From Candidatus Thorarchaeota archaeon (lineage in GTDB: Archaea; Asgardarchaeota; Thorarchaeia; Thorarchaeales; Thorarchaeaceae), in assembly GCA_048882385.1 (NCBI GenBank), contig JBHLRQ010000062.1, forward strand, positions 1 through 18,614: DNA of 18,614 nucleotides, given 5' to 3'. The notes below the pieces were generated by a model. That model ran no database searches. It worked only from the letters and a program-made list of their open reading frames with translations, and was not told the DNA's origin. A program made the translations under genes and the position numbers. This document shows positions 1-6,727 of the stretch, piece by piece (positions within the stretch are counted from its first letter, which is position 1; each line of letters opens with the position of its first letter).

Positions 1-1170
1 CATACAGTCACTGTGACTGCTCTCAACAACGATCTTGACAGATTGTCTGATCAAGAAACTAGTATCCTCTCTGACACCATAACGATTGAATCTACGTTGC
101 CTCCTGAGTCATTGCTCGAGATTACAGGTGAAACAACAGGCTCGTACTCAGACATTGTTTATCTTGAAGCGCGATTGATGGATGCGACTACTGGACTACC
201 CATTCCTGACAAGTTGATAGTGTTCAATATAGGTATGGTATCGGTGGATGCACTCACAGACTCCTCTGGAATTGCATCCTATATTCTAGTCCTTGACCTA
301 CAGCCTGGTGACTACATGTTACTTGCATCCTTTGCTGGAGATGATGACTATCTTGGCTCATCTGTAATGTGCGAATTCATCATTGCCAAAGAATATGCAG
401 ATGTTGAGTACACTGGTAGGACAATCATTCCAACCTCTGATGCCACAATCACACTGATGGCTACAGTGTTCGAAGAAGATGATGGTTATTGGGGTGACCT
501 AACCCGCATCTATGTGACTTTTGCACTGTATCTTTCATCTGAATTGGTCCATTCCACAGGTCCAATCGTGGTCACACAGACTGATGTTCAGGGTGTTGGG
601 CTCGCTATTGTCGAGATACCCAATTTGGATGCTGGAGAGTATCTTATTATCGTCAGCCTCAATCCACTCGATAATGACTACTATTTCGGACTTGAGGATG
701 AAGCATCGATTTCCATTTACGAGCCTGAACGTGAATCTATCCAAGGTGCTGGATGGATCAAGGATTCTGATGGAAACAAAGTCTTCTTCGTGTTTCACGT
801 GAAATACAGCTGCAAAGGAAGTCTGAAAGGATTCTTCTTCCTGACATATAGAGCGAATGGATGGGTCTACTTTATTCGGAGCACAGACATTCTCAGTATG
901 TCTGTTGATGGGAACCACGGAATCTTTGAGGTAGAAGTCAAGATCAGTCAATACAACCTGGACACTCACCAATGGATTTGCTTACATGAGAGATATCGAC
1001 TCAGAGTTGATGTGTGGGATAACAAGAAGTCGCATGACGACGATGCAATCCAGCTGCGTGTCTTTGACAAGAATGGGCTTGTAAAATATGAAGTTGGCTT
1101 TGACCCGTATGGCGACCTGATTAGAGGCAACATCAAAATCAAAGAAGCCAAGAAGCGACATAAATGGTGA
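1..1170 (+). CDS. C-terminal part of a large extracellular-type protein: Ig-like beta-sandwich repeats plus a terminal beta domain resembling the post-COAP-1 type (5'-truncated)
   Basis: Frame is open from base 1 (HTVTVTALNND...), so the start lies upstream. Acidic Ig-like motifs (TDSSGIASY, PGDYMLLASFAGDDDYLGS). Terminal domain runs GAGWI...D.IQLRVFD...GNIKIK. Domain name is from recall. Confidence 0.7.
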   Translation, partial: HTVTVTALNNDLDRLSDQETSILSDTITIESTLPPESLLEITGETTGSYSDIVYLEARLMDATTGLPIPDKLIVFNIGMVSVDALTDSSGIASYILVLDLQPGDYMLLASFAGDDDYLGSSVMCEFIIAKEYADVEYTGRTIIPTSDATITLMATVFEEDDGYWGDLTRIYVTFALYLSSELVHSTGPIVVTQTDVQGVGLAIVEIPNLDAGEYLIIVSLNPLDNDYYFGLEDEASISIYEPERESIQGAGWIKDSDGNKVFFVFHVKYSCKGSLKGFFFLTYRANGWVYFIRSTDILSMSVDGNHGIFEVEVKISQYNLDTHQWICLHERYRLRVDVWDNKKSHDDDAIQLRVFDKNGLVKYEVGFDPYGDLIRGNIKIKEAKKRHKW

Positions 1171-1173
1171 AGA

Positions 1174-1192
1174 GAGAGGCTAAATGCCTCTC
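1174..1192. terminator. Hairpin between convergent genes
   Basis: GAGAGGC-TAAAT-GCCTCTC, 7-bp stem in the 31-bp gap between two stop codons. Confidence 0.55.
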
Positions 1193-1201
1193 ATTCTAAT
1201 T

Positions 1202-2428
1202 CTACCAGACCTTCTCAAGCACTCTTAGTGCATTCTTTCCAGCAATCTTAGCAATCTCTTCGTCTGAATATCCATTCTTGACTAACCATCGAATGACGTT
1301 CTCAACAGCTTCTGTTGGATTCTCGAGACCTTTCACATGAGTTGGTAGTTCTGTGACTGTCAGGTCTTCTGCCTGTTTCGGTCGTGGGTAATGTCCCATT
1401 CCATCTTTCGTCATTCTCTCATCGTATAGTTTGTAGAGACCTACATGGTCTCCGTAGAGAGTGTCTGGGCCACAACCAACATGATCTATACCCATGAGTT
1501 CTATGCAGTACTCCATATGTGCCATATAGGTGTCAATTGAGGGCACTGGATTGTCCTTGGTAGCAGTATATCCTGGAGCTGCTTCGATTCCAATGACACC
1601 ATCTATGTCAGCTAATGCTTGAAGGACATCATCAGGAACCATTCGCTTGATTGGATGTACCGTCTTAGACCCAGCATGTGAGATGATAACTGGTTTCTTA
1701 CTTGATTCGATAGTGTCTCTGGCTGTCTGGTCGCTAACGTGACTGACGTCGATGAGCATTCCAAGCTTGTTCATCCTGATTACACAGTCGTATCCAAAAT
1801 CTGTGAGACCGCCATCTCTCATCTCATCAAGACCTGTTCCAAGCATATTGGACTCACTATAGACAAGTCCCATCTGTCGAATTCCTAGACCATACAGAAT
1901 ATCAATACGGTCAATCTCATTCTCGATACACGTTGACGATTCGAGAACTGCAACCCATGCTAATCTTCCTGTTTCAAACGCATAGTGAATGTCTTTGACA
2001 CTCTTGCAGTGGATGACATAGTCCTGATGTGCAATATCGCAGAGTCTCTGCCCCAGGTCATGGATTGTATCAGTCCATTTCCAACCATGCTTGGATGTTG
2101 TATTTGCGGAGCCATCCATCATGTTGTCAAAAACACAGTCCAGACCTGTACTACTCAGAGCCTCATAAGCAAGGAAGTCTCGACCTTCTCTATTGAGCTC
2201 AAGGGACTCTCTCTGGTTTTCAGTATACATCACTGGATGCTCATGGAGGTCAATTATGATATTCTTCGCAAGAATATCCTCGACCCGCTCTTCTTCTGCC
2301 TTTGACAGAGGTACCTTGTATGCCCAGTCTTTCGGTGTTGCATCCCTGAACTTGAACTCCTTATAATCCACTCCAGGTTCCAGATAGTGATAGGCCTTGT
2401 AGCCCGAGTATTTCTTTCCTCTTCCCAT
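1202..2428 (-). CDS. Membrane dipeptidase family protein (peptidase M19, amidohydrolase fold)
   Basis: IIDLHEH, LGIRQMGLVY, GGLTDFG, MNKLGMLIDVSH, PVIISH, IDHVGCGPD, GYSDEEIAKIAGKNALRV; no signal peptide. Confidence 0.93.
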   Translation of the reverse strand: MGRGKKYSGYKAYHYLEPGVDYKEFKFRDATPKDWAYKVPLSKAEEERVEDILAKNIIIDLHEHPVMYTENQRESLELNREGRDFLAYEALSSTGLDCVFDNMMDGSANTTSKHGWKWTDTIHDLGQRLCDIAHQDYVIHCKSVKDIHYAFETGRLAWVAVLESSTCIENEIDRIDILYGLGIRQMGLVYSESNMLGTGLDEMRDGGLTDFGYDCVIRMNKLGMLIDVSHVSDQTARDTIESSKKPVIISHAGSKTVHPIKRMVPDDVLQALADIDGVIGIEAAPGYTATKDNPVPSIDTYMAHMEYCIELMGIDHVGCGPDTLYGDHVGLYKLYDERMTKDGMGHYPRPKQAEDLTVTELPTHVKGLENPTEAVENVIRWLVKNGYSDEEIAKIAGKNALRVLEKVW

Positions 2429-2443
2429 TGTTCATACTTCCAT

Positions 2444-3196
2444 TTATTCCTTGAAAACAGTCCCTACAAGTTTCTTGAAATCTCCAGCAGGGTAGGTGAC
2501 ACGACTCTGAAGTATACCCATGTCAACAAAACTCTCAGCAACCTTGATCGCTGCAGTTAGTGGATTGATGACTGGAATTCCCACATTCCACTCTGTCTTG
2601 GCAGTCCGAAATGCCATTGACATACATCCAAGAACAACAGCACCTGCTCCATTCTCCTTTGCTTTGCTGATTGCCTTTGTTGCCTGTTTGACAATGGCTG
2701 TTGGATCATCTCCCCACATCTCAGTTATCTGCATTTCAACAAACTCAACCGATGCCAGTCTACTGTTGATCCCCATCTCACGAGTACGGGCCACAAGATC
2801 ATCTGCTACATCAAATCCTCCCGCCTGCTTTGGAGATATCACACTGAACCGGTCAGCTACCATACAGGCGAAGTGGTACGCAGACTCAGCAGGACCAATT
2901 ACTGGGACATCCATCAGTTCCCTGGCTGCACCCAGTCCCGGGTCACCAGCGCATCCGATAATGATGGCATCAAACTTATTGTTCTTGCGGAGTCTGAAGA
3001 GCCACTCTAGCATGGGTCCAACCGACATATACGCTTCAATCTCAGACTCTATTGATAGTGGTCCTTCACCGACCTCTTCTACCGTGATATTGGTTCCTGG
3101 TCTTGCCAACGAGTTTGTGACATCTTCGCGACGTTTGATTTCGTCTTCAGGCATTCCGTCGCCAGGTATTAGATAGAGCAATTCCAAGATAGACAC
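2444..3196 (-). CDS. Asp/Glu/hydantoin racemase family protein (hydantoin/allantoin racemase-like)
   Basis: GPLSIESEIE, IIGCAGDPGLGAARELMDVPVIGPAES, VLGCMSM (two catalytic Cys), GIPVINP. True start may be TTG at 3187, 6 nt after an AGGTG SD. Confidence 0.92.
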   Translation of the reverse strand: MSILELLYLIPGDGMPEDEIKRREDVTNSLARPGTNITVEEVGEGPLSIESEIEAYMSVGPMLEWLFRLRKNNKFDAIIIGCAGDPGLGAARELMDVPVIGPAESAYHFACMVADRFSVISPKQAGGFDVADDLVARTREMGINSRLASVEFVEMQITEMWGDDPTAIVKQATKAISKAKENGAGAVVLGCMSMAFRTAKTEWNVGIPVINPLTAAIKVAESFVDMGILQSRVTYPAGDFKKLVGTVFKE

Positions 3197-3402
3197 CTTC
3201 TCTCAAGATGTTAACAATCGGGTATTATACACTTTCGAGTGAGGTAAAGAGATTCTTCAATTTGTAGAAAGGAGAAAACTTGAGGTTTCAATGGCGTGAT
3301 TCAATATATCGGACAATATTTTGGTACCATCTTTGAAAGAATATATGAGTGCTTTATTTTCAATTTTGAAATCTATAAACGCCTTAAATTTGATTAGATA
3401 TG

Positions 3403-3409
3403 TTTATAT
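3403..3409 (+). promoter_or_regulatory. Candidate TATA box for the leader/micro-ORF transcript
   Basis: TTTATAT about 25 nt upstream of the start of the structured region (3434); region is AT-rich, so specificity is limited. Confidence 0.35.
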
Positions 3410-3433
3410 CCAATTAAACAGGAAAATAAGAAC

Positions 3434-3531
3434 GCGAGTTTTTTTCTGTACAGATTTCTCGCCTTAGTCCCTCATGAGATGCGGCGGCGTCCAAGGCAAG
3501 AAGAACTCTGAATGTCATGAGAGGTGACATT
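3434..3531 (+). promoter_or_regulatory. Putative structured 5' leader with alternative pairings and an SD-occluding hairpin
   Basis: Stems 3436-3445/3499-3508 and 3461-3465/3493-3497, versus 3434-3438/3458-3462; hairpin AATGTCA(3511-3517)/TGACATT(3525-3531) overlaps the SD GAGGTGA. Confidence 0.35.
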
Positions 3532-3532
3532 A

Positions 3533-3592
3533 ATGGGTAAAACAGACAAACAGAAGAAGCAGCAGAAGCCAAATCAGAAACCAAAGAAGTAG
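3533..3592 (+). CDS. Putative 19-aa Lys/Gln-rich micro-peptide MGKTDKQKKQQKPNQKPKK
   Basis: Strong archaeal SD GAGGTGA (3521-3527) 5 nt before ATG; 8 Lys and 4 Gln in 19 codons; followed by a strong hairpin. Confidence 0.55.
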   Translation: MGKTDKQKKQQKPNQKPKK

Positions 3593-3634
3593 CTTTGAGC
3601 TGATATTGGGCCCTCGTATTTTAGTTCAATCCCC

Positions 3635-3657
3635 CCGGGGAGGCAAGACCTCCCCGG
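3635..3657. terminator. Perfect GC-rich hairpin between the micro-ORF (+) and flavodoxin (-)
   Basis: CCGGGGAGG-CAAGA-CCTCCCCGG, 9-bp perfect stem. Confidence 0.65.
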
Positions 3658-3668
3658 TTCATGCCATT

Positions 3669-4178
3669 TTAGTTTTTGGACTTTATGAACGCTGGAAACT
3701 CAGTGTTCCTTAGAGTGATCCCAATCTCTCGGCCAATCTCAAAAAACCGTTCTTCAACTCCAGAATCCAGAGGGCCTTCTCTTCCATGTACAATTGCAGA
3801 TTCACGAGGTCTTATGATCTTCATTTTCAGTCGTTTCATCCTTCCTTCAATGACCCTGGCTGCGCTGTTCTCCAGAACAAATAAGCCCCGCTTGTTCATT
3901 CTGGATTCATTTCTGGTGTCAAAACTGAATCCTGATACTCCCTTGAGATTGAAGACTAACAAATCCTCAAGGAATGCACTCATTTGCTTCGAGGTCTTGA
4001 GAATGTGCGTAGGACCACCTATTGCAATGAAATCAAAGTCTGTTACACTTTTGATATCAAACTCATCAATACTTCTGCAGATAGTCTTCACTCCTGCCTT
4101 CTCGATTCCTCTTGTCAGACTCATTGCCACTGATTTCGTATTTCCATAGAGTGAGTGGTATAGTACCAGAGCCTTCAT
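3669..4178 (-). CDS. Flavodoxin-like protein
   Basis: FMN phosphate loop YHSLYGNTKSVA, DFIAIGGPTH, FSFDTR; ATGA overlap with upstream gene and GGAGG SD. Confidence 0.9.
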   Translation of the reverse strand: MKALVLYHSLYGNTKSVAMSLTRGIEKAGVKTICRSIDEFDIKSVTDFDFIAIGGPTHILKTSKQMSAFLEDLLVFNLKGVSGFSFDTRNESRMNKRGLFVLENSAARVIEGRMKRLKMKIIRPRESAIVHGREGPLDSGVEERFFEIGREIGITLRNTEFPAFIKSKN

Positions 4179-4663
4179 ACTCCATCCTCCTTATTCTCTT
4201 TATAAGAAAGGACCAACTCAACAATCAGCCCAATGACAAATCCAATCCCCAGTCCAGCTCCCATTCCCATGAACATAACAATATCAAATCCTATCAGAGC
4301 TCCCAAAAGTAACCCCCCAGCTGTCCCAAGAAAAACAATCTTGCCAACTCTTCTTCCGCTTCTAAGTCTATACGCGAAACCTACGCCAACAGCTGCGGCA
4401 GTGAATAGAGTCAGTGTGCTAATGGGTGCGAAGGAGCAATGAGAGATGTACCCCATTCGATTCACTGCTCCTGCTCCCCAAGCCAGTAACTCGGTTGGAA
4501 TTACTGTCCAAACAGCTGCAGCCAAGCATCCAACGATTAGGGCTGATATGAACGCCCATGCAGTTGCAAGGCCAAGTGTTTTGATGAATCCTCTCAGGCC
4601 TTCAGTCTTGCTTGCTACGATATGTTGTCCTCGTTCGAGTTCTATTGTATCTACTTGATTCAT
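4175..4663 (-). CDS. Hypothetical membrane protein (about 4 TM helices, Gly-rich)
   Basis: Hydrophobic segments; loop motif NRMGYISHCSFAPISTL. ATG at 4663 (AGGT upstream) preferred over TTG at 4690. Confidence 0.75.
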   Translation of the reverse strand: MNQVDTIELERGQHIVASKTEGLRGFIKTLGLATAWAFISALIVGCLAAAVWTVIPTELLAWGAGAVNRMGYISHCSFAPISTLTLFTAAAVGVGFAYRLRSGRRVGKIVFLGTAGGLLLGALIGFDIVMFMGMGAGLGIGFVIGLIVELVLSYKENKEDGV

Positions 4664-4686
4664 TATCTTGTACCTACTTTTACAGT

Positions 4687-5370
4687 TCAATCATCAAAAT
4701 GCCGAAGTCCCTTGTCGATAATCGTGAAAAATACAGAGAGGTAGTCCCTTGTCGTTTCCTCTGGTCTGCCACTCATCATGCCACGTGAGATTAGTGTTCG
4801 AATGGCTTGAGCAAGTGTGCTCAGAGCCATGATTACTGAGAATGGATCCACCTTTCCCTCAACCCCTGAGCTCTTCATGGTTTCTGTGATTATAGATGTC
4901 ATGAGTTTCTCAAGCCGTTTCATCTGCTCACCGAACTCTCGTTCACTTTCTGTCAGTGTTTCATTGTTTGCAATCTTATTTTGAATGTTAGAAGTTACCA
5001 CACTCAAACGACCTGCTTCGAAAAGTAGAGCATCCTCGGAATGTTTCTTGAAGAAAATGACATATGCCTCTCCCATGGATCGAAGATTATAAGGTACATC
5101 CTCTCGGTTCAGATATGTTTCCATGATTTCATACAACTTGACATAGATTTCTGCTACAACAGCCACAAACAGGTCATCCTTCGACTCGAAGTAGTTGTAG
5201 ATTGTAACTTTGGTATAGCCGACCTCCTTCGCAATCCCATCTACCATCGTTTCATCATAACCGTGTTTGATGAAGAATTCTCTTGCTACATCAATGATGG
5301 CCTGCCTACGTTGCCTACGTTCTTTCTCGAGTCGTATTGCCTTGGGCGAAGTTGCTCCTTTCTTGTTCAT
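4687..5370 (-). CDS. TetR/AcrR family transcriptional regulator
   Basis: IIDVAREFFIKHGYDETMVDGIAKEVGYTKVTIYNYFESKDDLF N-terminal HTH signature. Confidence 0.95.
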   Translation of the reverse strand: MNKKGATSPKAIRLEKERRQRRQAIIDVAREFFIKHGYDETMVDGIAKEVGYTKVTIYNYFESKDDLFVAVVAEIYVKLYEIMETYLNREDVPYNLRSMGEAYVIFFKKHSEDALLFEAGRLSVVTSNIQNKIANNETLTESEREFGEQMKRLEKLMTSIITETMKSSGVEGKVDPFSVIMALSTLAQAIRTLISRGMMSGRPEETTRDYLSVFFTIIDKGLRHFDD

Positions 5371-5389
5371 CAGACCACTTCATCAGATG

Positions 5390-5427
5390 ATTTTACTCAA
5401 GTAAAATAAATTTTACTTAAGTTAATA
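5390..5427. promoter_or_regulatory. Tandem palindromic operator upstream of TetR
   Basis: ATTTTACT-CA-AGTAAAAT (5390-5407, perfect 8-bp arms) and ATTTTACT-TA-AGTTAATA (5410-5427), 20-bp period. Confidence 0.7.
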
Positions 5428-5493
5428 AAACATCCTTTGTGCGTAATATGAGATACAATGGAAATCTATGGACAAGTACCATTGACCTCATTC

Positions 5494-6594
5494 TCAACGT
5501 TTTCTCATTAACAGCACAACGAGTGCAACTATGACAATACCTCCTCCTCCCAATAGAAGATAGATTGTCAGATCTGGTGGTGGTGGTGGTGGATTTACAA
5601 TGACATCAAACTGTGCCGATCTCGTATACCCCAGAGAGTCACTCACACTCACATTCAAACTATATCTGCCACTCTCAAGGTCGACTAGATTTGTAATGAT
5701 GCCATTCGAATCGATTGTAAAGTTTGTCGTGTCATTCAGTTCCCAAGCTTCCACTCCTGAGGAATCGGTTGCATTCAGGTCATATCTGAAGTCCTGACCA
5801 AAATCTATCGTCTGGTCGACTGGTACTTGATCCCATTCTGGTGGAACGGCATCATAAGTGATATTATCGTAGACCACGATGTTGTCAATTGCAGGTCCCG
5901 GTCCGGTTCCAAAACTGAACTCTTTACATGTCGTGTGCTCATTGTCCTTCCAACTCGTTGCTAGAGTTCCATTCATGTAGACGTAGACTTGTCCATTGTC
6001 CTGTCTAGTTATGATGAAGTGTTTCCAGCCCAGCATGTCTTCGTATAAATAGTCATCATACCAGTCTATACCTCTTGGTGCGGGACTTGCAGGATGATCA
6101 TGACATTTTCCAGCCTGCAATCTGGGCCGTGCATCATTTTCATACAGACCTGTTACGATTTGAATGAAATAGCATCTTATTCCCAAGTTCGCCAGAGTCC
6201 ACTCAATCATGATGAACGGAATCACAATCTCGTGGTTGTACGTGTCCACAACATCCACATCGAACTCCCATGTTCCATATGCTACTGAACTGTTGATAAA
6301 AGCCTGACTCCACATTTCTACCGAACCATTTGCCCGTAACATTGCATCTTCAGCTGTGAAGTTGCCTGGAGGATTGGTGTACGGAGGAGGGCCTACAAAA
6401 CCATAGATACTCCAGTCCGAGATGTTACCATCATCAAAATCTTCTGACCATTCAACAGCTGCTGGTGTTTTGTTATCAATGACGATATACTCCTGAAGCA
6501 CAATAGGATTCTCATTTCTTGGAATGATTGAACACATCATAATTAGTGCCACAGAGAGTGCAACTAGTTTCAGCTTATGATTCACCACATTCAT
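5494..6594 (-). CDS. Membrane-anchored surface glycoprotein: ConA/LamG-like beta domain, Ig/cadherin-like domain, poly-Pro linker, C-terminal TM
   Basis: N-terminal signal-like segment; WKHFIITRQDNGQVYVYMNG and IDNIVV; FRYDLNATD...FTIDSNGII...YSLNVSVSD; PPPPPPD-TM-MRKR; 10 N-x-S/T sequons. Confidence 0.75.
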   Translation of the reverse strand: MNVVNHKLKLVALSVALIMMCSIIPRNENPIVLQEYIVIDNKTPAAVEWSEDFDDGNISDWSIYGFVGPPPYTNPPGNFTAEDAMLRANGSVEMWSQAFINSSVAYGTWEFDVDVVDTYNHEIVIPFIMIEWTLANLGIRCYFIQIVTGLYENDARPRLQAGKCHDHPASPAPRGIDWYDDYLYEDMLGWKHFIITRQDNGQVYVYMNGTLATSWKDNEHTTCKEFSFGTGPGPAIDNIVVYDNITYDAVPPEWDQVPVDQTIDFGQDFRYDLNATDSSGVEAWELNDTTNFTIDSNGIITNLVDLESGRYSLNVSVSDSLGYTRSAQFDVIVNPPPPPPDLTIYLLLGGGGIVIVALVVLLMRKR

Positions 6595-6727
6595 ACCTCC
6601 GAACCCACATTAATTTCAGAATATTGCACATAATTCATCCAACTTGTTAATAAAATGGAGGTTAATTTGCATAAGCTCGAATTATATCAGCGAATTGCAA
6701 AGTTATATTGAGCTCCGATAATACTGG

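Noticed and set aside
2520-3176. 218-aa + strand ORF
   Set aside because: Antisense shadow of the racemase; no recognisable motifs
3434-3531. Assignment of the leader to a known riboswitch or ribozyme (fluoride, TPP, FMN, hammerhead)
   Set aside because: Conserved cores not found by eye; left as an unassigned candidate
3533-3592. Naming the micro-peptide eL41 or TMA7
   Set aside because: Only compositional similarity; it has no Arg or Trp as in eL41 and is far shorter than TMA7
3631-3668. GC hairpin as a SECIS element or tRNA fragment
   Set aside because: No AUGA/GA or GAA/A SECIS core, no cloverleaf, and no convincing in-frame UGA readthrough in neighbouring genes
3676-4149. 157-aa + strand ORF and the other short antisense/overlapping ORFs in the track
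   Set aside because: Shadows of well-supported genes on the opposite strand or in another frame
5575-5592. (TGG)n trinucleotide run
   Set aside because: Encodes the poly-Pro linker on the minus strand
6620-6705. Three TTGCA motifs in the divergent intergenic region
   Set aside because: Short, irregularly spaced and in AT-rich DNA; not distinguishable from chance
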